A DNA stretch of 64,000 bases from assembly GCA_965203295.1 (NCBI GenBank), contig CBDBCZ010000014.1, forward strand, positions 192,001-256,000. Reading direction: 5' to 3'. A program made the translations under genes and the position numbers. This document shows, in pieces, positions 1 to 41,545 of the stretch. The first letter of the stretch is position 1, and each line of letters starts with the position of its first letter. A model generated the notes under the pieces. That model was not told the origin of the DNA and searched no databases. It worked only from the letters and a program-made list of their open reading frames with translations. Source of the stretch: Nitrospirales bacterium (GTDB lineage: Bacteria > Nitrospirota > Nitrospiria > Nitrospirales > UBA8639).

Positions 1-239
1 CATGTGCAGTATACCCATATTAGTGCAGGTCACGTGACCTTTAGCCAATCCGATTCTAAGAAATTAGTCATGTGACAGCCGCCTAAAACTACTTAATGCA
101 CACTTTTATAAGCAACAAATAATATACTTATAAGCAACATAACAGCAGAGTGAAAAAGGAAACAGCATACCAGATGCACTTATAAACACAACGGAGCAGA
201 GTACAATGAAAACATGTAAAGTGAAAAGCAGACTAATTA

Positions 240-380
240 CTTTATGGCATTTAATTAGTGCGCTGGTATGATGCAATAATGCTCTCAATACATAATGCAC
301 TCCCTTTGCTTGTGCATTATGTAATCTAGAGCATTATTGCATCATACCCATGCACTAAAATTAATATTAATGCCATAAAG
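240..380. mobile_element. Short hairpin MITE with TA flanks
   Basis: Imperfect inverted arms CTTTATGGCAT...GGTATGATGCAATAATGCTCT (240-286) and AGAGCATTATTGCATCATACC...ATGCCATAAAG (328-380); TA on both sides. Confidence 0.6.
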
Positions 381-453
381 TACAGCTAGGTGTGTTATAA
401 ATATTACCTATTATGTTCATTGCAGCGGTGGAGGCCGAATGTTGTGCAATATT

Positions 454-619
454 TAAACACCAATTTGCAGTGATTGCATTAGTGCGCAAGGACAAAAAAA
501 GTAACGGTCGAGGGCGGATAATGTACGAGCCAAAGGCGAGTGCATTATCCGCCCGAGTCCATTACTTTATTGTCCGAGCGCACTAATGAAATTCCACAAT
601 CACTGCCAACTGGTGTTTA
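454..619. repeat. Long imperfect palindrome (probable non-autonomous palindromic element)
   Basis: TAAACACCAATTTGCAGTGATTG..CATTAGTGCGC..GGACAA..AAAGTAA..GGGCGGATAATG mirrored by CATTATCCGCCC..TTACTTT..TTGTCC..GCGCACTAATG..CAATCACTGCCAACTGGTGTTTA, around a GCCAAAGGC centre. Confidence 0.7.
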
Positions 620-1529
620 TTTCTCTCACTGACCTGAGACAGGCACAGTTCTATGGGGCATTATTTAGGAAGTATGCACTATCTAGATAATGCATGCTTA
701 AGTGTGCATTATGTGATTTAATTCACTGTCATGTGATCGATTTTGTGACTTCTGATTCGTTGAAGGTCACGTGAGTAGCAATAAGTAGTCTATAGATACT
801 TGGCCTGTTCTGTTGAAAAAACCTCACTAGTAGGAGACCAGAGGAGGTCGGACAAGCTACGTAACCAAGCCAAAATTGATTTAGATCCGTATGACCGGAA
901 TGGGAGGGGGAAATGATGCACGCAAACGTTCAGCAACTACAGTGTAAGTTAGCAGCTTTTGGAGGTTTGTAGGCCAAGCTACAGTAAATGGAGGTAGTTT
1001 TGTGTTGCCTAGATGGCGAAAACTTGGTAGGTAGCCATAAAAATGAGTTACAAACAAAACAGCAAATGCCAATTGTCTCCCCGAGGGTGGTGGGGTACTT
1101 TTACAGTCTACTTTTCGTCGTTGTGGGTGTACATGGCGTATTCCATGTTGGGGACCCTTGCAAGCGCTTTCCAGATAACGCCTCATCACGTTTTCAGCCA
1201 TCATGTCTGGAACATCACTCAGAGGTGACAGGATTTTGCCTCCAAAGGCAACCAATGTGTCAGAATCGCGAGAGGAAAATAGAGAATTTAACACCAGCAA
1301 TAAAAGTTCTTCCTTGCGAGTCATTTTTCGAAGCAGCTGGCCTGGGGCGAGATGCCTAAATCTTTGATTTTATCTCTATGGAGTTTGCAATACTTAACTG
1401 CTCATTATCACCGATCACATGCAGCATTGCCGGTAGATTGGATTTCAATTGCATATGTCATGTGATTTTAATTAGAAAAGGTCAACCTTGGTCGACCACT
1501 TCTGGTAAGAGATTACATGTGTACATTTA

Positions 1530-2130
1530 CCGTAGAGTACGTATCAAGCGTCCATGGGCGGGGAACCTTATGCTTAGAATGCTGCGGAAGAGGGGGGTGG
1601 GTACTTAATATGATTTCGTCTGCAAACGGCATGTAGTATCCGCCCACCACCCTGCAAGGAAGGAATCTTCACCATAGCATATTTTCTACCACTATATCTT
1701 AGCATCCAGGTGAGCTAAACTTATAACTAAAGCACAGTGAGTGAAACAAGCAGTAAAATTTGATCTTTTAGTGTGCTTTAATTGGAATACCGACGGTAAG
1801 TTAGCTAGCTACTTCGTTTTTCAGCTATATTTCACAGTTATTTGCATGCTTCTATAGCTATTCTAATACAATTGCTTCCATAGTTGGCTATACTTACCTC
1901 ATGTCCTCAATTTGCATCGTGCGTTTACATCGCATTCGAGTGAGCAGATACTACGTGAATAAACGTACCCCTTGCAGGAAGTCGACACTGAAGAGGGGGG
2001 TGGGCGCTTAATACATGGTGGGCGCTTAATACGTACTCTACGTGAATAAACGTACCCCTTGCAGGAAGTCGACACTGAAGAGGGGGGTGGGCGCTTAATA
2101 CATGGTGGGCGCTTGATACGTACTCTACGG
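1530..2130. mobile_element. Non-autonomous Tc1/mariner/pogo-like DNA transposon (MITE), 601 bp
   Basis: Perfect 21-bp terminal inverted repeats (TIRs) CCGTAGAGTACGTATCAAGCG (1530) / CGCTTGATACGTACTCTACGG (ends 2130); TA on both flanks; internal 87-bp tandem duplication starting at 1951 and 2038. Confidence 0.85.
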
Positions 2131-2594
2131 TATGCCCAACTGTCTTCAGCCATGCAGTCAATGACCAATTAGCCCAGTGTTGTCTATTGCACCCACAGCG
2201 TAGTGCCAAGAAGCATGGGAAGGAAAAGAGTGTCAAACTAGCAAAACTATAGCTGTTGTTAAACGACACTACAGAAAACTGATGTGGAATTGCACATGCT
2301 GTGGCTTGTAGCTACAAGTGTAGTATGACTATAAATACCAACACCTACCCGCCATGTATTCAGTGTCCATCGACTCTTTTAGTGTCAACTTCCTCTCAAA
2401 GAGTACACTTACGAATGTAGTATCCGCCCACTCTGACACGTTGCAGATACACGGTGTATTGCAAGGATACAAAGGTACATGTAATATAGCCTTCTTTAAT
2501 TAGCCAGCTCATTAAATTTATTTGGAATAGCTAAACAAGCAGCTTAGCTGACCTGGATGGTATGCTTTTGTAGTAAATTTAGTGAAGATTCATG

Positions 2595-2720
2595 CCTTTC
2601 AGGGTGGTGGGCCGGATACTACATGGTGTTTGTGGACAAATACGTGTTTAGTGCCCACCCCCCTCTTCAGTAGCATCCTAAGGTTCCCCGCTCATGGGTG
2701 TTTGATACATTCTCTACAGT
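2595..2720 (-). mobile_element. Diverged, inverted partial copy of the 1530-2130 MITE left end
   Basis: CAGGGTGGTGGGCCGGATACTACATG, CCCACCCCCCTCTTC..AGCAT..TAAGGTTCCCCGC.CATGG..TTGATAC.TTCTCTACAG is the reverse complement of about 1530-1655 with substitutions and indels. Confidence 0.7.
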
Positions 2721-2916
2721 ACTTGCGAATAGTACACACTGTCCATATAAGGAGTTTTCGGGCGTTCGACACAACAGTGTGCACACACTCCATGGAGGGC
2801 TGGAATGTAGGAAGTAATTTGTGTATCTCTCTGAACTCAGTGCACACCATATACCACTTTATTGGGTTAGGGTTAGCGAGCACAACTACTTGTAATAAAT
2901 GATTGCTTCTGATTAA

Positions 2917-3552
2917 CTGATTGCACGCGGAAATTACTTCATCTTGGGCGTCACCATACGCGAATTAATTTACCTCGTGTATATCATTAGCGTTCGAGTA
3001 GAGCGCGCTGAGTTTGCTGCGAGTGTTTAGTAGACAAAACAGCTATTGGCGACTCCAAGCTGTGAAAGCAAGGGTATGTGTGGTCTCTATATGGACGCAA
3101 ACGAAGCCAGTACATCGAATTTCCAGCTGTTTTGAAGCGGGAAGCGTAGACGGTAAGCTTTGAGTGTACTAGCAAGCCTTAGCGTGGTAGCTAGAAGCTT
3201 TCTGTGATGCTTATGTCCCTAGTTGTGATGTAGAGTAGCTAGATGGATTATCCGTGCATCGAGCACGTCTACTAAAATCTTTAGAACTCGATCCTGCAAG
3301 CGCTCTATCTAAGTCTATGTATCGTGTATTGACGATCTGGCTGGTACACGTGCGTTAGTTGCTCAAAATGACTTCTGGCATTTAGGCTATGAATATCTAC
3401 TTGTAATTACAGCCTGTTTCTGATAATAGAAGGGTTATCCCCTAAGGGAAGCACCGCTATGCACGCTGGCCACTTTAGTGGCCTTCCGCGTGGGCTACAT
3501 GCGAAAAATTATTGAACACGGGCCACTTAAGTGGCCTCCCGCGTGCAATGAG
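2917..3552. mobile_element. piggyBac-like non-autonomous element (TTAA TSD)
   Basis: TTAA|CTGATTGCACGCGG at 2913-2930 and CCGCGTGCAATGAG|TTAA at 3539-3556 (14-bp TIR, 1 mismatch); subterminal palindromic repeats GGCCACTT(T/A)AGTGGCC at about 3468 and 3521. Confidence 0.75.
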
Positions 3553-4997
3553 TTAACCCTCATAGACAGGGTCTAAGTATAACTTGTACTCCTGATGCCT
3601 TGAGGTTTAATAAGGTATTGCACCTGTTTTTATCCCATGCAGGGCACAAATGTTCGTAACCCACATGGCATTGTAGCCATCGGTCCTGATATCAATTACG
3701 ATGAGCCACATGACAGAGCCACTCAATTCTCTCAGTGAAATTCTGTGTGATGAACATTATACCTGAAGTAATGAAAACTTTATTGTGTGCTTTAAGTTTT
3801 ATATATCTTTTTTTTATTTAATCAGTCAAATTTTTCTGAGTACATGTACAATTGTCCTAAATCTATGAGCTGGAAAAAAGTAAATAGGTGCTATGGAAAC
3901 AAGCCCATGGATTTGCTGCAGCTTGGTGCAAAAGGGGCAACTGCATGGTGCGTGATGAGTATGGGTGCAAGCACTGTGTATTACAAGTACTTTCGCTCGC
4001 GCATGTACTTGTGTGTTCCACTCGCTCACTCTGTACAGATAAAAATGAAAAGTGTGACCTCTGTGTGATTTGCATGGAACAGTATAGCATCTTCTGCCAT
4101 TGAAGCAGTGCTTTTGACTAAGCCACATGTCAGTGTTGAAAACTGACTCATCACAGTGGGGGGGTAAGTATATAGTACGTGTGCACACTACACTAAAAGC
4201 TTCTTTTAGAAGCCAAAGCATGTGAATTATGTAATGTTCATGTAGTACACTATCATATGGAATGTGGAGCATCTGCCAGTGGCAGTAGCCTGATCGAGGT
4301 TTTGACAGTAGTTTTTTGCCTGAGCCATGTGGAGGCAGTAACTCAAAGGAGAGACTGCAAACAATCACAAAACCATACCCACATCAGCACATGTAGGCGA
4401 ATGGAACTGACTCCATTTAATGCACATCGTCGTAGTTTGTCTAGCATGTCTAGCGTAGCAGTTACAGCTGTGCATGGTTTGCACTTACAGGACTACACAG
4501 CCACTAACCTTCGCAATAGAGCGCGCTCGAAGTGCTGATTTGAGGCCATCGTGATAATACCGTCGGCTGTCAGAGCATCCCAACGCACGCAGCGGTCGAA
4601 ATCGTCCCAAAGCATGCGCATGCAGCGGTCGAAGTACTAATTAGCTATGTACACATATGATGACGTCACGATCTTCTCGCATATTCTCGCGCTATCGAGA
4701 TTCATTAGCGGACGTCACATCCGTTACACACGGACGGACACACGCGCACGCACGCACGCACGGACAGAACTAACGTTAAAGTATTGATTAACTAGGATAT
4801 TATCCTAAAGCTAGCTTAATCAGCGCTGTATTAAGGATGAATTAGACTCTGATGATGCTGTTAATTAAAATCAGTTGTATGACAATCAAACGTGAACAAA
4901 TACATGTACAATGTCGTGGATAACAGCAGATACAATCATTGTGTGCTAAGCATAATTATACACAGTACAATTGTAGCAATAATGAAAGAGTGATCTG

Positions 4998-7454
4998 CTA
5001 TAATGATACAATGCTTAGGGTACTTCTGTTAAAGAAATTCTTCCTCATGTATTGTCCAATGAGTGACAGAATCACGGAAGGAATAAGGGAGAGGAGAAAG
5101 CCTTGAAGACCACTGGCGTTTAATCCTCTACTTTGAAGAAGAAGATGGAATACAATAAGTATACAAATAATAGCCACAAAGATGAGAAATATGAACACTT
5201 GTAGACAGATTTTTATAAGCTATTGGCATCCATTCTGCTGAATTGCCCTATCCAGGAACACTATATGGGAAGTGATTATGATTATGCAAAATATAGCGGA
5301 AAATATGAATGCAAGTGATGACAGGACTTGTGGTGGGTATATGATGAGCAGGACTGCAATTGGAATGAAGGCAACCATGACAGAGTACAGGAACAGTGGA
5401 AGGTTTACAAGTGCTAGGAGATGTACTACAATGAAGCTACATCTTCGTGGAAATCGGCCTTGCTGTTTCTGCTTAAAAACGAATACTGCAACAGAAATTA
5501 CAACTGCTGAAAGGATGAAAGCAGTCATAACGATCTTTGTGCTGAATACAACTTTGCTACTGGTTGTACCCAATGTGGGATAGCTGAATAAAAGTCCTAT
5601 TATAAACACACCTAGATTTATGAAATTTATGCAAAATGTTACAAAAACCGTGGCTACATAAACACAGTGATATATGGGATTATTGACAATAGCATCAAAG
5701 AAGTAGGATTTGTAATCTGTATATGACCTAAGGACAAACAGGGTGAAAAGCAGAATTTGCAGTACAAATATGGCTAATAAAAGCTTCCAGCCTACTGGAG
5801 AATTTTCTAGAACCACAATCTTGCTACCGTTCTTGGTGGTGTAATACCCTTCGGAAACATACAACTTGTTCTTGGTATCAGAAACTACCGATTTTCCTTC
5901 TGATATGGCGATGTATTTTATCTGCATCATACAAGAAGAAAAAATCTTGGTGACAACATGCATGGTGGTTTTAGATATTATGAGTAAAAAATTACTTTAT
6001 TCAAATCTCCGAGATTCTGGTAATAATACTACATGACATTGTAATAAGCATGGGTTGCTGAGGTGTTTCAGCCCTTCATGAGTGCAATACCCGTGTTATT
6101 TTCCACAGCATTGTCAGCGACCCATGCTGTGACCATGACACAACAGTACTTATTTCTGTATGCCTTAAAATAAAATTAATTGGAACCTATATTTGGACAC
6201 AGCAGTTATCCCTTTTAGAAATGGCATGTGGCTATATATGTCTTTTGTGATTGACATCGGGTTACTATACGTAATACATGTAGTGGTAAACACTTGAACA
6301 CTACTCAAAAGCAGAGTGCATGCATGGTTACCAAATTATAAATCCTTACCCTCACATACAGGTAAACATCATGGTCATGATTAATATACTTTATGGGTCA
6401 ATGACCACTTAATTAAGCATGTTGTTGATTGTGCATGAGTTTATCCTAAAGTTCAAAATGTGCATGGGAAAGCTCAAAGCAGTCAGTCATTGAATGAATT
6501 GAAATATTCCCAGTTGGCATGAGAACACATGATGTTTTTTCTCAATCATGCTGCAAGTTTATTAGAGAATTGCTTCCTCACAATATTACTAATGTATTTC
6601 ATGGGGGAAAACCAATGATTCATAAGAGTATGACAGAATTGTATACTGTCAGATTGTATTGTATTATTATGGAGCTTCCCATTCCCTGAGCCAGGCCATT
6701 TAGAATAATTATACCCATTTTCAGCAGATCCTATGCATGTAGTACATGCAATATATATACGTATGGGATTCAGAAAAATACACTACTATAGTAACATAAT
6801 GTAATAGTGGCTGAATGCATGAGCATGCAAGGACTTCAATTTACACTGCGTCTGGTAAACTGGACAACCAAGTCTTAATAGTTACTCTCATGGACTCACC
6901 CTGCTTAAAAAGATAATTAGTACCTCTGTCATAACCGCTCTGCTAGGGTTGCAGAAGAGTTTATTGATGTGAAACCGGACCTCGTGTTCGAGTGAACCAT
7001 GCCCCCCGATTCCGGTAGCCATTGTGTACACAGCCCATGTCAACGTATTGTCAAATGCTAGTAGAACATCTTGACTGATGTAAGTTAGTATTACCGAGGC
7101 ACTCAATTGAAAAGTCCATTTTCCTACCCAAACGGCACCGTCGAAGTAGAACGCAGGCGGCTGCTTGTTGCGAGTGCAGCTTTGCAAGGGATCGGCAATG
7201 TCTCCTAAGGTAATCACCACTGACATTCTCATCACGTACGGAGCATATCCATCCTCGGGGAAGAAGTTTCGAATCAGCCAATGCAGCTCATTGCGATCAG
7301 TTCGAATGGCCTTCTCGAGTAGGGTGTAGTAGTGGGAGCACTGGAAGTGATGCACTTCAGGACCATTTGAGTCTCCCAGGCTGCACTCAGCTGAAAGACT
7401 CGGCTTCAGCATGCATGCGATGGCTAGAATGCAAATAAAATAGCCTTTCGCCAT
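4998..7454 (-). CDS. Uncharacterised signal-peptide + ectodomain + multi-pass (5-7 TM) membrane protein, with an in-frame TAG at 5220-5222
   Basis: Exon 1 7454-6900 (185 codons; MAKGYFICILAIACMLKPSLS signal peptide; donor AGG|GTGAGT) joins in phase 0 to exon 2 from 5921 (TGCAG|ATA AAA TAC). Five hydrophobic helices precede the TAG at 5222-5220. The same frame continues 73 codons with two more helices to TAG at 5000-4998. Confidence 0.75.
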
Positions 7455-7623
7455 CTTCTACTAACAGTACGCTTAACACTGGTATAGCTAGTGATTTTTA
7501 TTGGCTTATTAATAAATCTAACAGCCGACAATCCTTCGTGACGCCATTACAGCGGTAAAATTTATTTTTTCCACAGATAATACGTGCTTTATTATCTGTG
7601 CTTTTTCAGAATTAGCCAACGCA
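7455..7623. promoter_or_regulatory. Putative compact bidirectional promoter
   Basis: Only 169 bp separate two divergent ATGs (7454 minus, 7624 plus); contains ATTGG (CCAAT, minus) at 7500 and a CRE-like CGTGACGC at about 7537. Confidence 0.5.
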
Positions 7624-10262
7624 ATGGCTGAAAATATTCCACTGGAGCCTCTTTCATCCGATAATCGGAATCAGTATGATGGGTCTGCTCACTACGAAAG
7701 ATACGGAGAGCCGGGTGAGCGATTGTCAGGATAATAAATACTCCGCTAGACATTCGAACGGTGTGGGGAGATTTAATTACCATTTAGTTCTGCTCATCCC
7801 CAGAGCCATTACTGAATGACTTCTGATTAGTCATTATTTATACAGACTGCTCGATCATTTGTGTTGCATTATATTGCGTGACACCTTTGTACTACCTGCA
7901 TGTATTTAACACAGTGGTGTTCAATGGTATCTATTATGTTATTGCTTTATATAGGTACAAAAAGTGATGTGCGTCCACTGGGGATCGTGGTTATTGTTTT
8001 AGCAACATGCGTTGTGATGATGGCCACAGTCGGAGGAGTTATAGCTGTCTGTATTATCCCAGTATGTTGCACTGTACTGATTTAGCTAGCCTCGTCCCCA
8101 TGATATAGCTAAAAACAGTATAAAAAGGCTCAGAACTAGAGCCTGGGAACAACGAAACCACTCTTAAAGGACACTCCTGAAATGAGGACACCTGTACGTG
8201 TAATAAGGACACTTAATAATAAATTGCTATTTCCTAAATATGCTTTCTTAACGTAGTAGCCGTATTGATTTACCCCAGAAATGCATTATTACATGCACCT
8301 TTCTATGTACAGGACACTAAACTAGATCCCCAAGGTGTCCACAGTAGAGGGATTCCGCTGTAGATGTAGTCATTTTTAAGCACTAGGACAACTACAGTGT
8401 TTGATTAAAATAGTGTGTAATTATGTATTCGGGGGTATGATCGACCCACATTCCACCATTTTCTAATAAACCTCATGGGCAAAACTCCATACATACAGTG
8501 TGGGCCTATTAGGAACTCCCCACCAAGATTGGTCCAGGCAGCTGAAGAAGGGAAGATCCTAGAAGTACAACAGCTCATAGACGATGGCAGCAACATCAAT
8601 GACAGGGATTGTGTAAGCAGTTATTGATTGATAAGTAAATAATAAACTTATGTGTTGCTGCATGCATATGCCAGTGCACTTTTACCTCGGTAATACACTC
8701 ACAGGTACAAACACATTATTTATGTCGACAAAAACTTCCGTCCTTAATTTAGGAAGGGTCTACTGCCCTGATGAAAGCCAGCTGGAATACTGATGGTGTA
8801 ATAGCACAACGGTTAATCCAAGTTCGTTCAACTAACCTAGATTTGGAAAACAAAGTAAGCCGACATACTTAATCCAACAGTTTGAAACAACACAAAATTT
8901 AACAATGGTATTTCTAGACTTTCCATTATGGGTTTTAAATCTATAGGTTGGACAAACAGCACTCATAAACGCAGTATTTGCAAGCTCTTCCAAAGTTGTG
9001 GATCTCCTTATTCAAAATGGTGCTAACTTGGACATACAAGATCAGGTAATTAACTACTATGAAATGGATAAAAACTACAGCCATATAATAGCTATAGCTG
9101 TATACATACCAGGCACCACCTGTGGAAGTGTTTGGTCACTGAAAAAGCTCTAGGTATAGCTATGTAGAGTTGTTGCTGGGCTGGACTGTATTGTTCAACG
9201 ATCCTGGAAGAACTGACAACTTGGTTACGGCTAATCCCACCATCAAAGATAAGGGGGATCTTCTCAACTAATTAAAATAGCTTTTGAAAGGCCCTACCTA
9301 TACTTGCATGTGATAGACCTTATCCCTCTACATCTCGCTCACTCCTGCACATGCAGTTTGGAGAAAGTGCCCTGATTCATGCTGCCTGGATTGGAAATAT
9401 TCGTATCGTCCGTGCTCTGATTGCTGCTAATGCCAATGTGAACCTTCGTGATCGGGTATCTGACAATGTAGTCTCGTCCCCAGACCCTCTACTCACCTGT
9501 ACTTTTAAAAAAATACAAACAGAGGAGGAGAGTCTGTTTGATACAGAAGGCTAGGCTTGATGGGATGGGAGTAGCTTGTCTATGGTAAACTTGGAGTGAT
9601 AATTGGGGTGTGAAGTAGTGTGATAAAAATGATTTTTAAAGCAGGTGCAGGGAGGGTCTGCGGATGAGACTAATGACAAAGTTGAAGATGGATTACAGTA
9701 CATGTAGCTACATTTGATTTTGAATTTCTCCTGTATGCAGTTTGGAGAGACAGCACTTTTTAAGGCTTCCTACAGAGGATGGAGTGAAGTAGTTACTAGC
9801 CTCATTCAAGCTGGTGCTGCTGTTAATGCCCAGGATATAGTGAGCATTGTATAGTTCACAGTGCATGAATCAACTTTATATTGGTGTTGTTCAGTGCGTG
9901 CAGTGGTAATTCATAATTCATTGATAATTGCATTCATAATAATTGCATTCAATAGACTGGAGAAACACCACTACATAATGCAGCTGTTGCTGGACACACT
10001 GCAGTGATTGAAGCGCTGGTTAATGCTTGTGCAAGTGTGCTATTAAAAGACGGAGTGAGTTTTTGCCATAGCTACCAGATCAATCACATTTTTATATAAA
10101 ATGGGTCTTAATAACCTTCTCTAGGTTGGAAACACTCCTCAAGACTTGGCCATGACTCATGGTCACGAGGAAGTTGCTGCTTTACTTGATCCTAGTGGTC
10201 CACTGCCTGTGTCTGCCATGTCAGCTAATTGTACAGATATTTTGAAGAAAAAGAAACTGTAG
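7624..10262 (+). CDS. Single-TM-anchored ankyrin-repeat protein (~315 aa, ~7 ANK repeats)
   Basis: Phase-consistent GT-AG exons 7624-7714, 7955-8061 (TM: LGIVVIVLATCVVMMATVGGVIAVCII), 8499-8612, 8753-8854, 8947-9045, 9357-9455, 9741-9839, 9956-10054, 10125-10262. Internal exons are 99-102 nt, one ANK repeat each (GSTALMKA, GQTALINA, GESALIHAA, GETALFKA, GETPLHNAA, GNTPQDLA). Ends ...DILKKKKL*. The first two exons are less certain; an alternative ATG lies at 8475. Confidence 0.85.
8152..8362. mobile_element. pogo/Tigger-like MITE copy (same family as 59755-59913)
   Basis: Repeated AGGACAC motifs, CCTGAAATGAGGACACC and right end GATCCCCAAGGTGTCCAC..AGAGG..TTCCGCTGTA, all shared with 59755-59913. 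Confidence 0.6.
9469..9672. mobile_element. 9-bp-TSD hairpin element (TAG...CTA termini) in an ankyrin-gene intron
   Basis: TIR TAGTCTCGTCCCCAGACCCTC / GAGGGTCTGCGGATGAGACTA; flanks CTGACAATG / ATGACAAAG (7/9 identical). Confidence 0.6.
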
Positions 10263-10487
10263 TGCTAGCGCTATATGTACGTATGTAAATTTATATCACT
10301 CACTTATAATTATATATGCCATGATCTCTATTATCAGCAGATAAACAGTGCAGGATCACCAATATAACCATAATTATGGAAGCCACTCTGCATACTCACT
10401 ACTCAGAATGCTATACTTGCGCGTGTAGTCTCGGGTACATGTATGTGTAACCCCAGGTTACTGGACACATACCTAGTAGTACTAATA

Positions 10488-10690
10488 CCTAGACAATATT
10501 TATGTATAGTTGACACTCAGTCTCTGTTTGTTAGGCCTACAGGACCATGCATTGTCTCGCTATTGCTATATTGCTGTCCTTGCATGGTGTATGTTCTATC
10601 AGGCCTAAGGCAATATTATGTATAATTGACACTCAGTCTGTGTTTCTTAGGCCTAAGGGGCCATGCATTGTCTCGCTATCGCATATAAAT
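10488..10690. repeat. Two-copy imperfect direct repeat, period ~116 bp
   Basis: TTGACACTCAGTCT..TTAGGCCTA..CCATGCATTGTCTCGCTAT at 10510 and 10626. Confidence 0.7.
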
Positions 10691-11217
10691 TGCTGTACTG
10701 TATGTCTGAAAAAAGGGGAAAAGCATTGCCGTGCCTGAGAAAGACGTTGTGCTATTACACAAAGAGATCCCGACCGCAACACATGGGGGCTTGTCCGGGA
10801 TGCGAGAGAGTGTATCTGCGGCTGAATTCTGCCTTCCGGGGCGGTACTCAATGACCTGGTCTGATTCCTGTAGAGCAAGTCCCTGACGGCCAACGACGGC
10901 GCGGGTTCCTTAGCTTTGTTTGTCGGCAGGGAACGCGAGTAGCACAATGCCTCCCGCCCCCTCGACACCCTATTTTCCAGCCTGGTTTCCTCTATTCTGA
11001 GCATGGGGGGAGTGTGGCCTTCATCGCCCTGTGCGCACCGTGTGCATGTGACTGCAGTTGGTACGTGTGCGGTGGGAGGGGCTGGGCACGAGACGGAGCG
11101 TAGCCTGTCACGTGCAGTGTCTGCAAACGGCTCAAACGTAGCTGTTTTTTTTTTAGCTAAGCCTTTTAGTATGCATCAGCTCTTGCTTCCTTAGCTCTGC
11201 CGTGTGAACGAGGACCC

Positions 11218-41545
<30,328 letters not shown>

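Noticed and set aside
881..1359. Overlapping 123-147 aa ORFs
   Set aside because: No recognisable domain or splice structure; they lie among TE remnants.
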